Shown here piece after piece: positions 1 through 11,274 of a stretch of 64,000 bases of DNA (position 1 is its first letter; each line of letters opens with the position of its first letter). The translations under genes were made by a program, and so were the position numbers. Source of the DNA: an uncultured Chloroflexia bacterium (GTDB lineage Bacteria > Chloroflexota > Anaerolineae > JAAYZQ01); assembly GCA_963700285.1 (NCBI GenBank), contig CAVOXA010000001.1:416001-480000 (forward strand), written 5' to 3'. Under the pieces are notes generated by a model. It saw nothing but the letters and a program-made list of their open reading frames with translations, did not search any database and was not told the origin of the DNA.

Positions 1-108
1 GACGATCTGATGGGGCTGGCCGCTGGCCACGTAGGCGTCTACGCGCTTCATAAGCTCGTCGTAGCCCATGTCGTCCACGCGCACGCCCAAGATCTCAACC
101 TGGCTCAT
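1..108 (-). CDS. WecB/TagA/CpsF-family glycosyltransferase, 5' part only (runs off window)
   Basis: Manual translation MSQVEILGVRVDDMGYDELMKRVDAYVASGQPHQIV matches the 'ILGVRVD...PHQIV' N-terminus of TagA/WecB; ATGA overlap with the stop of the upstream GT4 gene. Confidence 0.75.
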   Translation of the reverse strand, partial: MSQVEILGVRVDDMGYDELMKRVDAYVASGQPHQIV

Positions 109-1247
109 GCACCAGCTCCGCTGCTCCCGGCGATTTTATCGAATACTTGGAGTGTTTCTTGGGCACAGCGCCGCCACGAAAAGCGCTCGATCTGCCGGTA
201 TCCGCGCGCCACCAATTCGCGACCCAGACCATCGTCTGTTATTACGTCATGCAATGCCTGTGCCAGGACCTCTATGTCCAATGGATCTACCAGGAGCGCC
301 GCATCTCCGGCCACCTCGGGTAGGGACGAAACATTGGAACAGATTACAGGCGTTCCGCAGGCCATCGCCTCCAGGACAGGGAGACCAAAGCCTTCGTACA
401 GACTGGGGTAGACAAAGGCCCGCGCCCCACTCAGTAGGGCGGCCAGATCGTCCCGGGGCACGTAACCGGTCAGGAGTACCCGATCCGCCAGGCCCAGTCT
501 GCGAACTTTGCTCAGAAGTTCGTCATAGAGCCAGCCCTTCTGCCCGGCCAGTACAAGCTGGAGATTGGAGATGGGCGACTGGAAACCGGAGACCGGGGAT
601 TGGACAATCATGTTGAAAGCCTGGACGAGGCGGACCAGGTTCTTGCGTGGGTGAAGGGTGCCAACATAGAGGAGGTACGATTCGTTCAGGCCGTAGCGGG
701 CGCGAACGCCGGCAACGGTAGCCGGATCGCTGATTTGAGTCAAGGTCTCGTCCCGGCCGGGATAGACGACGCTGATCTTTTCCTCAGAGATCTGGCAATG
801 ACGTACGAGATCTTGGCGCGTGGCTTCCGAGTCAGCCAGTATGGCGGCGGCAGAGCGGGCATTGAAGCGTGTAGACCAGCGCAGGTAGGCGTTCTGGGAT
901 AAGGTGTGCGCCTCCGGATAGTAAAGATACCCCAGGTCATGTACTGTGACGACACTGCATCGAGGATGAACGAGTGGCAGTACGTGCGATGGAACAAAGA
1001 GGAGATCCGGCGCATGCCTGAACATCTCCCATGAGAGACGTAGGTGGGTCCATAGCCGGGTGAAAGGGAACACCCTGTGCTCCGTTTTGTCCGGAAAAAG
1101 ACCTGGGGGCGGCGCCTGATTGAAATAGAGCCTGAAACGATGCCCCGTGGTCGAGGCAAGAAGCTCCCTGATCAGGTACAGGGAATAGTTCTCAGTACCC
1201 GTGCGCCGTCCAGCCGTCGACCGGCTGGCATCAATGCCGATGAGCAT
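105..1247 (-). CDS. GT4-family glycosyltransferase
   Basis: VVTVHDL, YVGTLHPRKNL and YEGFGLPVLEAMACGTPV motifs. Confidence 0.93.
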   Translation of the reverse strand: MLIGIDASRSTAGRRTGTENYSLYLIRELLASTTGHRFRLYFNQAPPPGLFPDKTEHRVFPFTRLWTHLRLSWEMFRHAPDLLFVPSHVLPLVHPRCSVVTVHDLGYLYYPEAHTLSQNAYLRWSTRFNARSAAAILADSEATRQDLVRHCQISEEKISVVYPGRDETLTQISDPATVAGVRARYGLNESYLLYVGTLHPRKNLVRLVQAFNMIVQSPVSGFQSPISNLQLVLAGQKGWLYDELLSKVRRLGLADRVLLTGYVPRDDLAALLSGARAFVYPSLYEGFGLPVLEAMACGTPVICSNVSSLPEVAGDAALLVDPLDIEVLAQALHDVITDDGLGRELVARGYRQIERFSWRRCAQETLQVFDKIAGSSGAGA

Positions 1248-1338
1248 CTAGTCCTGCGCACCGAGCCCGTGACATGGCACGTCTTGCCTCCTGGGTGAGT
1301 AGCCCGTTTGTTTGGCACGTATTGCGTCGCGCTGGGGT

Positions 1339-1367
1339 ATTATAGCACGATCCAGAGGGGGCGTCAA
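1339..1367 (-). promoter_or_regulatory. sigma70 promoter for the glycosyltransferase genes
   Basis: TTGACG-N17-TATAAT on the minus strand, with an extended TG. Confidence 0.7.
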
Positions 1368-1523
1368 TCAGATCCGTTCTGGCAAAGAAGAAATGTGAAA
1401 CGCACGATACGACGACCTGCGCAACCTGTGGAGAAGCAGAAAGACGCAGACCTACCGCAGAATACGTGAGTCCAGGGCGGATCCAGCTCAGGCCTGCCGG
1501 GTATTGCCCAGTTGTGGAGCCTC

Positions 1524-2180
1524 CTATTCCAAACTGGATGGTCTGGTGGGCGCCAAAGGCACGAGGCATGCCAGCTGTTCAGCTTTCACCGGACCGGCTC
1601 GCAATATGGCCGGTGGCCAGACGGTCAGGTCCAACACAGTGGAGGCCATACCACCCGGGCAGGCCCCGCCGTCGAGCAGGAGAGGAATGCGCCCCCCTAA
1701 CATGACCTGCACTTGGTCGGCGGTGGTAGGGGGCGGCTGGCCGTGTAGATTGGCGCTCGTGGCTGCCAGGGGGACCCCTATACGGCGACAAACATCTTGT
1801 ACAAAAGGATGGTCGGGCACGCGCACAGCCACCGTTGCTCCTCCAGCAGTCACCAGATCGGGAACTGCGTCTGACCGGTACAATACCAGGCTGAGACCGC
1901 CCGGCCAGAAACGCTCAGCGATCTGCCAGGCTACCGCCGGAATGTCGGTGCAGACCGCTTCCATCTCGCGCGCATCCGGCAACAACAGGGGAACAGGCAG
2001 ATCCACCGGACGCTCCTTTACCCCATAGAGTTGTTCTACTGCTTCTTCCAGGAATCCGTGAGCGCCGACGCCATAGACGGTGTCCGTCGGAAAAGCAATC
2101 ACAGTTCCCCGGCACAGTTCTTCCGCTGCCCGTTCCAGGGCGCCGGGCGCTAGAATGGAGATCCTACTGGTCTCAACCAC
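1524..2180 (-). CDS. tsaC: L-threonylcarbamoyladenylate synthase (Sua5/YrdC)
   Basis: AFPTDTVYG, FWPGGL, VAVRVPDHP and TSANLHG motifs; GTG start chosen after an AGGAG RBS. Confidence 0.9.
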   Translation of the reverse strand: MVETSRISILAPGALERAAEELCRGTVIAFPTDTVYGVGAHGFLEEAVEQLYGVKERPVDLPVPLLLPDAREMEAVCTDIPAVAWQIAERFWPGGLSLVLYRSDAVPDLVTAGGATVAVRVPDHPFVQDVCRRIGVPLAATSANLHGQPPPTTADQVQVMLGGRIPLLLDGGACPGGMASTVLDLTVWPPAILRAGPVKAEQLACLVPLAPTRPSSLE

Positions 2181-2424
2181 GTGCTTGCTCCTGGCCATAC
2201 TCGACGATGGCCTGTGTCCCTGCTCCATGCTCTGACATTGTACATGCGATCTTGCAAGGGGTCAATACTGACTAAGGGGTCCGAAGTCCGGCAAAAACCT
2301 TCACGTTCGTCCAACCTTCGTGAAATTCGTGCAATTCGTGGCAAAGAAAGGAACTCGATGGACGGCTTTCTCGCCGCCTGCATCATCGGCGACAGCAACA
2401 CCCCTGTCGAAAAAGCTCTCGCTG

Positions 2425-2479
2425 CTTCAACGCTTCTGCATATTTCCTTCAACACTTTTTCACATACTTGCGCTACACT
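2425..2479 (+). promoter_or_regulatory. Phased direct-repeat (OmpR-family-like) operator plus -10 box
   Basis: CTTCA/CTGCA/CTTCA/TTTCA at 2425, 2436, 2447 and 2458, then 11 nt, then TACACT. Confidence 0.65.
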
Positions 2480-2541
2480 GGTGGCAGAATTCGGATGGGG
2501 TCTCCCCATCCAACCAAATCCTACAGTGCGTTTGGAGGTAC

Positions 2542-3168
2542 ATGATGTTGAAGAAAGCTTTGAGAATCGGAGTGATTGTGCTGGTTGGGATTCTCGTCGT
2601 TGGCGCCATTACAGCCTGGGCTCTCCCCAGTGCGACAGAGACAGCGTACCTTGGCCCTCAGAATCCGGGCCAGGGGGCGGGTCAAAGGGGGCAAGGTCCT
2701 GGTACAGGCTCTGGTAACCCGGGCGACCTGAGCGAGTCAGAGGTGGAAGCTCTGCGCATGGCCCTGGACGATGAGTACAAGGCCTGGTCCGTCTATGACC
2801 AGGTACTCGTGGACTTTGGTCCGGTATGGCCCTTTGCCAGCATCCAGCAGGCCGAGGAGGCCCACATTGCCGCCCTGGTCCGGCTGTTCGACCGCTACGG
2901 GCTGGCTGTGCCGGAGAACCCCTGGCCAGGCAGCGTGCCCACTTATGAAACGGTGACCGATGCGTGTGCAGCGGGCGTCCAGGCCGAGATCGACAATGCA
3001 GCGCTCTACGATCAACTGTTCAGTATGGTCGACAACCCGGACATTGTCCGCGTCTTTACCAACCTGCAGCAGGCGTCGCTGACCAAGCATCTGCCCGCAT
3101 TCGAGCAGTGCGCGGATCAGGAGCCAGCGGGCGAGAGCCAGTCGTTCCTGCCAGCCCTTGCTCAATGA
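2542..3168 (+). CDS. Exported DUF2202/ferritin-like protein
   Basis: GGAGG RBS, N-terminal hydrophobic segment, ALDDEYKA...AEEAHIAAL...AEIDNAALY...HLPAF ferritin-like pattern. Confidence 0.75.
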   Translation: MMLKKALRIGVIVLVGILVVGAITAWALPSATETAYLGPQNPGQGAGQRGQGPGTGSGNPGDLSESEVEALRMALDDEYKAWSVYDQVLVDFGPVWPFASIQQAEEAHIAALVRLFDRYGLAVPENPWPGSVPTYETVTDACAAGVQAEIDNAALYDQLFSMVDNPDIVRVFTNLQQASLTKHLPAFEQCADQEPAGESQSFLPALAQ

Positions 3169-3324
3169 GAGACAGGCGACCGCGAACAAGGCGGTCCTGG
3201 AGTTAGGACGGAAGTTTGAGCCTCCGGTTTCTATGCAGCCGGAGGCTCGCCATGCCCTTGGCCTGCTACTTGACACGGCAGGCCTCTTGAGGTATTCTGG
3301 ATCCAGGTTGAGAGAGGTTGTGGA

Positions 3325-4014
3325 ATGAGTGGAGAAACGATCCTGGTGGTAGATGACGAGCCCAAGCTCGTCAAGACCGTGCGCGCGTATCTGGAGAACG
3401 CTGGATTCCGGGTGGTGACGGCCGGCGACGGCCAGATGGCGCTGACCGTCTACCGTCATGAGAAACCCGCCCTGGTGATCCTGGATCTGGGGCTGCCGGG
3501 GATGGACGGGTTGGACGTGGCCCGTTCCCTGCGCCGGGACAGCAACGTGCCCATCATCATGCTCACGGCCCGGGTAGACGAAACCGACAAGTTGATCGGC
3601 CTGGAGCTGGGTGCCGATGACTATGTGACCAAGCCCTTCAGCCCCCGCGAACTGGTGGCCCGGGTACGGGCTGTACTGCGCCGTACGGGCGGCGAGCGGG
3701 AGCAACCCCAGGCGCCCATCGTCGCTGGTGACGTTCAAGTGGATTTGGAGCGCCGCCAGGCCACCGTCGGTGGAAAGCCGGTTGAGTTGACCCCCACCGA
3801 GTTTGAGTTGCTGGTCGTCCTGGCCCGCCATCCGGGTCGCGTCTTCAGCCGGCTGGAGTTGCTGGACCGGGTGCAGGGCTATGCTTTCGAGGGCTATGAG
3901 CGGACGGTGGATGCCCATGTCAAGAACCTGCGCCAAAAGATCGAGCCCGACCCCAAGGAGCCGCGCTACGTGCTCACCGTCTATGGCGTGGGCTACCGGT
4001 TCAGTGAAGCGTGA
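3325..4014 (+). CDS. OmpR/BaeR-family response regulator
   Basis: ILVVDDE, LDLGLP, GADDYVTKPF and winged-helix ERTVDAHVKNLR...GVGYRF. Confidence 0.95.
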   Translation: MSGETILVVDDEPKLVKTVRAYLENAGFRVVTAGDGQMALTVYRHEKPALVILDLGLPGMDGLDVARSLRRDSNVPIIMLTARVDETDKLIGLELGADDYVTKPFSPRELVARVRAVLRRTGGEREQPQAPIVAGDVQVDLERRQATVGGKPVELTPTEFELLVVLARHPGRVFSRLELLDRVQGYAFEGYERTVDAHVKNLRQKIEPDPKEPRYVLTVYGVGYRFSEA

Positions 4015-4026
4015 GAGAGCTACAAG

Positions 4027-5511
4027 TTGAGCTATGAAAACTCGGGGCACACGACTGGAGCCAGTACACCCTCCGTCGATCCTAGAACCTCAAGCCTCGA
4101 ACCCCGTACTTTGAACCTAAACCACCTGTGGGTGAAACTGCTGGCCGCCTTCATGTTGGTGGCCCTGGTGGCGGTGGGGGTGGTGGCTCTACTGGCCAAC
4201 CGGGCTACGACGCAGCAGTTCCGTCTCTATGTCAGCCTGGGGCGGCAGATGCGCACCGAACGACTGGCGCCCGAGTTCGTCGCTTACTATTCCCTGAACG
4301 GCGGTTGGGATGGCGTGGCGGAGTGGATGGCTGCTCTGAGCCAGCTTCAGAGTGGCGGGCGGGGGCAGGGACAGGGGTTGGGCCGGGGCAGGCTCAGTGA
4401 GGGTGACCGGCTACTGCTGGCCGGCGTCGATGGGCAGATACTGGCTGATACCCAGGGCGAGCTGCTGGGCCAGCGACTCTCAAGCGCAGACCTGGCTGCC
4501 GGCGTGCCCATCGAGGTGGGAGGCCAGCGTGTCGGGACCTTGTTTATCCCGGCGGCAGATGGCGTGTACGAATCGCTGGAGGCCGAATTCCTGGGCCGGA
4601 TCAACGATTGGTTGCTGTGGGCAGGGTTGGCTGCTGGCGCTGTTGCGTTGGTCCTGGGCTTGCTGTTGGCGCGACAGCTCACCGCACCCCTCCGGTCGCT
4701 GACCTCTGCAGCTCTACGGCTGGCACAAGGACCGCTGAGCCAGTATTCCCAGGAAGACGTCCCGCAGGTTCCTGTTCGCAGCCAGGATGAGGTGGGCGAA
4801 CTAAGCCAGGCATTCAATCAGATGGCCTGTTCGCTGGCCCAGCAAGAGACGCTGCGCCGCAACCTAATGGCTGATGTCGCCCACGAGCTTCGCAACCCGC
4901 TAAGCGTGATGCGCGGCGATCTGGAGGCATTGCTCGACGGCGTGTACGAACCAAAGCCCGAGGTTCTGGCCTCGTTGCACGAAGAGACGCTGCTCCTGTC
5001 GCGCTTGGTCGACGACCTGCGAGCGCTGGCCCAGGCGGAGGCGGGGCAGTTGCGGCTGGAACGCCAGCCCACGGATCTTGCGGATCTGCTCGGTGGGGTC
5101 ACAGCCAGTTTTGACCTCCAGGCAGAAAGCAAGAGGCAGACCCTGACCTTGGATCTGCCCCCGGATTTGCCTTTCGTCGACGCCGACCCGCAACGCGTGC
5201 GACAGGTGGTCGCCAACCTCGTTTCCAATGCTCTGCGCCATACGCCAGAGGATGGGCAGTTGGTCGTTTCGGCTCTCGAACTGCCGGACGAAGTGCAGGT
5301 GTCGGTAGTGGACAACGGGCCGGGCATTCCCCCGGACGACATTCCCCACGTCTTTGACCGCTTCTGGCAGGGCGACCGGGCCCGTGCCGGGAGCAGCGGC
5401 CTGGGGCTGGCCATCGCCCGGGAGCTGGTCCGTGCTCACGGCGGGCGGATCTGGGTCGAAAGCACAGCGGGCCAGGGAACAACCTTCCGATTCACACTGC
5501 CCCAGAGCTAG
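4027..5511 (+). CDS. BaeS-like HAMP sensor histidine kinase (start uncertain)
   Basis: Two TM helices, HAMP, H-box ADVAHELRNPL, N box NLVSNALRH, G boxes DNGPGI and GLGLAI. Confidence 0.93.
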   Translation: MSYENSGHTTGASTPSVDPRTSSLEPRTLNLNHLWVKLLAAFMLVALVAVGVVALLANRATTQQFRLYVSLGRQMRTERLAPEFVAYYSLNGGWDGVAEWMAALSQLQSGGRGQGQGLGRGRLSEGDRLLLAGVDGQILADTQGELLGQRLSSADLAAGVPIEVGGQRVGTLFIPAADGVYESLEAEFLGRINDWLLWAGLAAGAVALVLGLLLARQLTAPLRSLTSAALRLAQGPLSQYSQEDVPQVPVRSQDEVGELSQAFNQMACSLAQQETLRRNLMADVAHELRNPLSVMRGDLEALLDGVYEPKPEVLASLHEETLLLSRLVDDLRALAQAEAGQLRLERQPTDLADLLGGVTASFDLQAESKRQTLTLDLPPDLPFVDADPQRVRQVVANLVSNALRHTPEDGQLVVSALELPDEVQVSVVDNGPGIPPDDIPHVFDRFWQGDRARAGSSGLGLAIARELVRAHGGRIWVESTAGQGTTFRFTLPQS

Positions 5512-5581
5512 CGAGTAGAAAATCAACGTTCCCCGTTGACCTGCTTTACGGCCGCCGATCCCTGGCTGTCCACTCTGCTTT

Positions 5582-6865
5582 CTAGACCTTTCGGAAGGCG
5601 TTCTGGGCCGCTGCGATGGTGGCGTCAATCACGTCGGCCGTGTGGGCGGTACTTGTGAACCCTGCCTCGTACTGCGACGGGGCCAGGTAGACGCCCGCTC
5701 CGAGCATGGCCTGGAAGAACCGGCCAAAGCCGGCGGTATCGCTCTTTGTGGCGCTGGAGTAGTCGGTCACCGCGCCGTCAGCAAAGTAGGTGCAGAACAT
5801 GGTGCCGACCCGCGTCTGGTATACGGATACGCCTGCTTCCTCAGCCGCCTGTCCAACACCGGCACAGAGTCGCTCAGTCTGATCGACCATCTGCTCAAAG
5901 GCACCTGGCTTTCGCAGCTCTTTCAGGGTGACCAGCCCGGCGGTCATGGCCAGCGGATTGCCCGAGAGGGTTCCTGCCTGGTACATCGGTCCCGCGGGAG
6001 CCACCATCTCCATGACTTCTCGCTTGCCGGCGTAGGCTCCCACCGGCAGTCCGCCGCCAATCACTTTACCCAGCGTCGTCAGATCGGGATCAATCCCATA
6101 CAGTTCTTGCGCTCCACCCAGAGCCACCCGGAAACCGGTCATCACCTCGTCAAACACGAGCAAGGCACCATGGGCCGAGGTCAATTCCCGCAAGCCTGCC
6201 AGGAAGCCGTCGACGGGCGGCACGACGCCCATGTTGCCCGCCACCGGTTCGATGATGACCGCCGCGATCTCTTCTGGAAATCGCTGGAACAGGTCCTTGA
6301 CGGCGGCCAGGTCGTTGAAGGGTGCCGTCAGGGTGTCCTGCGTAGCGCCAGGGGGTACGCCTGGGCTGTCGGGCAGGCCTAGCGTGGCCACGCCCGAGCC
6401 GGCTTGTACCAGGAGCATGTCAGCGTGGCCGTGATAACAGCCCTCAAACTTGACGATTTTGTGACGGCCAGTGTAGGCGCGCGCCAGGCGCAGGGCGGTC
6501 ATGGTCGCCTCGGTGCCAGAGTTGACAAAACGTACCATCTCAACACTGGGTACCATCTCCACAACCAGCTCGGCCAGTTCGGTTTCCAGGGAAGTTGGTG
6601 CCCCGTAGCTGGTCCCCCGGGCCGCAGCCACAGCCAGTGCCTCTACGACGGCCGGATAGGCGTGGCCCAGGATCAGCGGGCCCCACGACAGCACATAGTC
6701 GATGTACCGGTTGCCGTCCGCATCCCACAAGTAGGCGCCCTCGCCCCGGGCGATGAAAGGCGGCTCGCCACCCACAGCGCGGTAGGCCCGTACCGGGCTG
6801 TCTACACCGCCAGGAATGACCCGCCGTGCAGCAGCCAACAATTCTCCAGATTTCGTCAAGTTCAT
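5582..6865 (-). CDS. hemL: Glutamate-1-semialdehyde 2,1-aminomutase
   Basis: [26 protein letters not shown] and [14 protein letters not shown]. Confidence 0.97.
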   Translation of the reverse strand: MNLTKSGELLAAARRVIPGGVDSPVRAYRAVGGEPPFIARGEGAYLWDADGNRYIDYVLSWGPLILGHAYPAVVEALAVAAARGTSYGAPTSLETELAELVVEMVPSVEMVRFVNSGTEATMTALRLARAYTGRHKIVKFEGCYHGHADMLLVQAGSGVATLGLPDSPGVPPGATQDTLTAPFNDLAAVKDLFQRFPEEIAAVIIEPVAGNMGVVPPVDGFLAGLRELTSAHGALLVFDEVMTGFRVALGGAQELYGIDPDLTTLGKVIGGGLPVGAYAGKREVMEMVAPAGPMYQAGTLSGNPLAMTAGLVTLKELRKPGAFEQMVDQTERLCAGVGQAAEEAGVSVYQTRVGTMFCTYFADGAVTDYSSATKSDTAGFGRFFQAMLGAGVYLAPSQYEAGFTSTAHTADVIDATIAAAQNAFRKV

Positions 6866-7854
6866 GCTTCCTCCTCGAAGTAGCGTACGCGTTCCTTTTT
6901 GAATTCATGGGTGCTGAACAGCACTTCAAACTGTTCGATGCCTGTTTCCTGGGCTAATTGGGTGACGACTGCCTCGACCTCGTCCACCGTCTGCCCGTGG
7001 ATCATGGTGAAAAGTGAATAGGGCCAGTGAGGTGGGTAGGCAGGACGCTGGTAGCAGTGGCTTATCTGAGGATATTCGGCAGCCCGGTGCCCCATCTGTT
7101 CAATTTGTGGCTGCGAGACTACCCAACATGCCATGCCATTGGCCCTGTAGCCCACCTTCCGGTGGCGCAGAACCGCGCCGAAGCGGCGCATGATGCCAGC
7201 GGCCTCCAACTCCCACGCTTGGGCTAACAACTCCTCCTCGCTCGTACGAATCCATCTGGCGGGCTCGATGAAGGGGCGCGAGACCAGTTCCAGATCTCTT
7301 TGTAGCGCCCGCACGTAGGGGATGTCAGCCGTCGTGAAACGCCGGCCATCTGATGCGGATCCAGCGGGCTCGGCCGGCATCGTGGGTGCGGCTTCTGGGA
7401 TCATCTTGAAATGCGTTTTGATCTTGAACACCCGCAGGGCTGGTAGGTCAAGCCAGTCATCCACCCCGGCCTGGCGAGCTATGCGCTCGATCGCCGGCGC
7501 CAGCCCCTTTCCTGGTGGGATGGCCAGTGTGAACCACAGGTTGTAGTGATGGGGCCGTGCATAGTTGTGACTCACACCTGGATGAGCATTGACCAGAGCA
7601 GCAGCCTTTTCCAGTCCATCGCTTGCTACGTGGAAGGCGACCAGGGTCGTCTGGTAGCCCAGCCGCCGGGTGTCAAAGATGGCGCTGATCTCGCGGATCA
7701 TGCCCGCCGCTTTCAGCATCTGGATGCGTTCAAGTACCTCGGCCTCTTTGAGATCGGCGTCTTGAGCCAGGGATGCAAAGGGGCGCTGTACCAGGGGAAA
7801 CTGGGCTTGCAGCCGCTCCAACAGTGAGCGGTCCAGGGCATCGAGATTGGTCAT
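6862..7854 (-). CDS. ahbAB: Fused siroheme decarboxylase AhbA/AhbB (NirDL/GH, Lrp/AsnC-like fold)
   Basis: Two Lrp-like halves with VSHNYAR..YNLWFT and [17 protein letters not shown]; ATGA-coupled to both neighbours. Confidence 0.88.
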   Translation of the reverse strand: MTNLDALDRSLLERLQAQFPLVQRPFASLAQDADLKEAEVLERIQMLKAAGMIREISAIFDTRRLGYQTTLVAFHVASDGLEKAAALVNAHPGVSHNYARPHHYNLWFTLAIPPGKGLAPAIERIARQAGVDDWLDLPALRVFKIKTHFKMIPEAAPTMPAEPAGSASDGRRFTTADIPYVRALQRDLELVSRPFIEPARWIRTSEEELLAQAWELEAAGIMRRFGAVLRHRKVGYRANGMACWVVSQPQIEQMGHRAAEYPQISHCYQRPAYPPHWPYSLFTMIHGQTVDEVEAVVTQLAQETGIEQFEVLFSTHEFKKERVRYFEEEA

Positions 7855-8948
7855 GCACTGGCCTCTGCCACCGCGCGGGGCTGGTAGATGCAATAGGGCT
7901 CCTCGGCCAGGTAGTTGCCGGTCAAGCTCAATGCTCGGGCCCGGCAGCCACCGCACACCCGCAGGAATTCACAGACACCACATTTGCCCTGGTAGTGGTC
8001 CAGGTCGCGCAACGATCGGAACAAAGGGGAATCTATGTAGATGTCCTGCAGGCTGCTCTCGCGAAGGTTGCCGGCCACGATGGGGAAATAGCCACAAGGC
8101 GTGACGTCGCCGCGGTGGGAGACGAAACAATAGCCGTCTCCGGCCAGACAGCCGCGAGTCGTGCGATCCATGCCGCCAGGATGCCGGCGGCCGTTGCCGC
8201 CTGGCCGAACCAGGTTGGGCTGCTCCTGATCCTGTCGCCGGTTCTGGGCAACGATGCGCATAAAATGTGGCCCGCAGGTGACGCGGATGGGGATGGGCGA
8301 ATTCTTGGTCATGCCATAGATCTCGTGCAGGATCTGTTCGTACTCTTGCGGTGATACCTCGTCGTCGATCTTGCCCCGGCCCGTGGGCACCAGCATGAAC
8401 AGGTGCCAGGCTTCAGCGCCGATCCGCACCGCCAGATCGCGCACGCCGGGCAGATCGTCCCGTGTCTGGCGCATCACCGTAGTGTTGAGCTGGAAGCCCA
8501 ACCCCAGCTCGCGACAGGTAGCCAGGCCCTCCATGGCCGTCGAAAACGCGCCCGGAACGCCACGGATGGCATCGTGGCGCTCGCTCGTTGAGCCGTCGAT
8601 GCTCACCGAAATGCGCTTTACACCTGCCGCTTTTAGCTTTGTTACAGCTTCGGGAGTTAGCAGGGTTCCGTTGGGGGAGACCGCCACCCGCAACCCTTGT
8701 TGCGTACCATAGGCCGCGATCTCATAGATATCGGGCCGCATCAAAGGCTCGCCACCGCTGATGACAAAGATCGGCCGGCCAAAGTCGGCCAGTTGGTCTA
8801 TCAAGCCAAAGACCTCTTTGGTCGTCATTTCATCCGGCTCGGGCGCGGTCTGAGCACTGGCCCTGCAATGGACGCAGGCCAGATTGCAGGCTACAGTTGA
8901 CTCCCAAGCTACGACGTGGGGGCCCTTGACTTTGTGAGACGCGTCCAT
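7851..8948 (-). CDS. ahbD: Radical SAM/SPASM coproheme decarboxylase (heme b synthase)
   Basis: CNLACVHCRASA, GCLAG and the C-terminal CGVCEFLRVCGGCRARA SPASM motif; operon context. Confidence 0.87.
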   Translation of the reverse strand: MDASHKVKGPHVVAWESTVACNLACVHCRASAQTAPEPDEMTTKEVFGLIDQLADFGRPIFVISGGEPLMRPDIYEIAAYGTQQGLRVAVSPNGTLLTPEAVTKLKAAGVKRISVSIDGSTSERHDAIRGVPGAFSTAMEGLATCRELGLGFQLNTTVMRQTRDDLPGVRDLAVRIGAEAWHLFMLVPTGRGKIDDEVSPQEYEQILHEIYGMTKNSPIPIRVTCGPHFMRIVAQNRRQDQEQPNLVRPGGNGRRHPGGMDRTTRGCLAGDGYCFVSHRGDVTPCGYFPIVAGNLRESSLQDIYIDSPLFRSLRDLDHYQGKCGVCEFLRVCGGCRARALSLTGNYLAEEPYCIYQPRAVAEASA

Positions 8949-8962
8949 GCTTCTGATCCTTT

Positions 8963-9985
8963 CTATTGAGCGCCGAGCCAGCGGACAGCATCCTTAGCCC
9001 AGTAAGTGATGATCATGTCGGCTCCAGCCCGCTTGATGCTGGTCAAGCACTCCAGGGCAACCCTTCTTTCATCCAGCCAGCCCCGCTGGGCAGCCGCCTT
9101 GACCATGCTGAACTCGCCGCTCACGTTGTAGGCCGCCACCGGCAGATCAAAAGTGTCCCGTACCTGATGGATCACATCCAAGTAGGACAGGGCGGGCTTG
9201 ACCATGACTACGTCGGCCCCTTCGGCGACGTCCAGTGCCACCTCCCGCAGCGCCTCCCTGGCGTTGGCCGGGTCCATCTGGTACCCGCTACGGTCGCCAA
9301 ATGCCGGCGGCGAGTCGGCTGCGTCCCGGAACGGACCATAGAAGGCCGAGGCATATTTGGCAGCGTAGGACATGATGCCCACGCACTCATAGTGGGTATT
9401 GTCCAGCGCTGTGCGGATGGCACCGACCCGTCCATCCATCATGTCTGAAGGGGCGACCATGTCAGCGCCGGCCTCGGCGTGGCTCATGGCCACCTTGCTT
9501 AGAATCTCGAGTGTGGCGTCGTTGTCCAGACATCCACCAGGCAGACCCTTGCCCTTGCAGTAGGCCGGGTGATCGTGGATGATGCCACAGTGCCCATGGC
9601 TGGTATACTCGCACATGCACACGTCGGTGATGACAAATATCTCCGGGACAGCGTCTTTGATAGCTCTGATGGCCTGCTGGACGATGCCTTCGGGATCAAA
9701 GTTCTCCAGTCCAATGGGGTCCTTTTCGGCCGGCAAGCCAAAGAGGATGACAGATGGGATACCCAGCCTGGCAATCTCCTCCACCTCAGCCGCAAGCCGG
9801 TCCGCGGACCAATGATAGTTGCCTGGCATAGAGCTGATTTCCGACTTGACGTTCTGACCGTGGACCACAAAAAGGGGGTAGATCAGGTCAGCCGGATGCA
9901 CCCAGGTCTCCTGCATCATGCGGCGGAAATTGGGGCTGCATCGCAGCCGGCGCGGACGGTTCTGCGGATAAGGGCTATGTTCCAT
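8963..9985 (-). CDS. hemB: Porphobilinogen synthase (Zn-type)
   Basis: [32 protein letters not shown] and MVKPAL. Confidence 0.97.
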   Translation of the reverse strand: MEHSPYPQNRPRRLRCSPNFRRMMQETWVHPADLIYPLFVVHGQNVKSEISSMPGNYHWSADRLAAEVEEIARLGIPSVILFGLPAEKDPIGLENFDPEGIVQQAIRAIKDAVPEIFVITDVCMCEYTSHGHCGIIHDHPAYCKGKGLPGGCLDNDATLEILSKVAMSHAEAGADMVAPSDMMDGRVGAIRTALDNTHYECVGIMSYAAKYASAFYGPFRDAADSPPAFGDRSGYQMDPANAREALREVALDVAEGADVVMVKPALSYLDVIHQVRDTFDLPVAAYNVSGEFSMVKAAAQRGWLDERRVALECLTSIKRAGADMIITYWAKDAVRWLGAQ

Positions 9986-11165
9986 TGAGACCTATCTCCT
10001 CGTCGGTGAGATAGCAGGCAGGGTCCGGCGCCCACACGTCGTCATGGACCGCCTCGGCCCGGACGCGAAAGTTGCCATTGCAGATGTCCAGATACTGGCA
10101 GGCGGCGCATCGGCCCTTCAGTAGCGGCTTGCGGTCCTTCAGACCCGCCATCAATGGGTCGCTGGTGTCGGTCCAGATCTGGCTGAAGGGTCGCTGGCGA
10201 ACATTGCCAAAGCTGTAATGCTGCCAAAACTGGTCGGCGTGGACGTTCCCCAGATGGTCCACTGCACCGATACCGATGCCGGTTGAGTTTCCGCCGTTCC
10301 AGCGCAGCAGTTGGAGTACCTCTTCTGCCCGCTCTGGCTGTTGTTCCTGGATACGTCGCAGCAGATAGGGTCCATCGGTGTGATTGTCCACCGTGAGAAT
10401 CTCAATGTCCACGCCCCGCCGCGAAAAATCCTCAGTCCGGGTCAGGATCAGGTCAACGGCAGCGCGACTCTCCTCAAGGGAAAGGTCATCGGTCTGGATG
10501 CGTGCACCCCGTCCGGCATAGACCAGGTGGTAGAAACAAGCGCGCCGGATCTCTTCTTCCTCCAGCAGGTCAAAGATCGCATTGAGGTCCTCGTAGTTGT
10601 GGCGGTTGAGGGTCAGTCGCAGACCGGTACGCACCCCCACGTCGGCACAGGCACGGATGCCGGCCAGCGCGGCGTCAAAGGCGCCGGACATGCCCCGAAA
10701 ACGATCGTTGGTCTCGTCGATGCCGTCCAGGCTGATCCCGACGTAGGAGAAACCAGCCTCCTTGATGCGGGCTGCCGCATCCAGGTCTATGAGGGTACCG
10801 TTGGTCGAGATCACTGTGCGCAAGCCGCGCTCGACAGCGTAGGCCCCCAGCTCAAAGAGGTCGTGTCTCATCAGGGGCTCTCCGCCGGAGAAGAGGAACA
10901 CGGGCACGCCAAAGGCGGCCAGGTCATCGATCATTGTTTGGGCCTCGGCCGTCGTCATCTCGTCCGAGTCAGCCTGGGATCGGGCGGTGTAGTAACAGTG
11001 AATGCAGCGAAGGTTGCAGGCCTTGGTGCTATTCCAGACGACGATGGGTTTCTTGTCGTGGGTAAACTGTAGTAGGTGGCTCGGTGAGCGGTCGGAGCGC
11101 CGGCCGTAGCGCAGCGCGTCCGAAGGCGTCACTGTACCGCACAGCAATTTTGTTACGCCAATCAT
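9975..11165 (-). CDS. ahbC: Radical SAM 12,18-didecarboxysiroheme deacetylase
   Basis: [10 protein letters not shown]...DALRYGR start, [23 protein letters not shown] and [10 protein letters not shown]...PDPACY. Confidence 0.9.
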   Translation of the reverse strand: MIGVTKLLCGTVTPSDALRYGRRSDRSPSHLLQFTHDKKPIVVWNSTKACNLRCIHCYYTARSQADSDEMTTAEAQTMIDDLAAFGVPVFLFSGGEPLMRHDLFELGAYAVERGLRTVISTNGTLIDLDAAARIKEAGFSYVGISLDGIDETNDRFRGMSGAFDAALAGIRACADVGVRTGLRLTLNRHNYEDLNAIFDLLEEEEIRRACFYHLVYAGRGARIQTDDLSLEESRAAVDLILTRTEDFSRRGVDIEILTVDNHTDGPYLLRRIQEQQPERAEEVLQLLRWNGGNSTGIGIGAVDHLGNVHADQFWQHYSFGNVRQRPFSQIWTDTSDPLMAGLKDRKPLLKGRCAACQYLDICNGNFRVRAEAVHDDVWAPDPACYLTDEEIGLNGT

Positions 11166-11274
11166 GAGGTTACAATCTCGTCCTTTCCGGCAGAGTTCTT
11201 GGGTCAGAAAAATACGCACGGGATTCGCGACCCGGGGCAGATTCCCCCCCGCGGGGGGTTGGTACTCGGCAGGC

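Noticed and set aside
2737-4050. Long antisense ORFs (also 22897-24057, 33030-34241, 39836-40969, 45113-46237)
   Set aside because: They are shadows of well-supported genes in GC-rich DNA and have no recognisable motifs.
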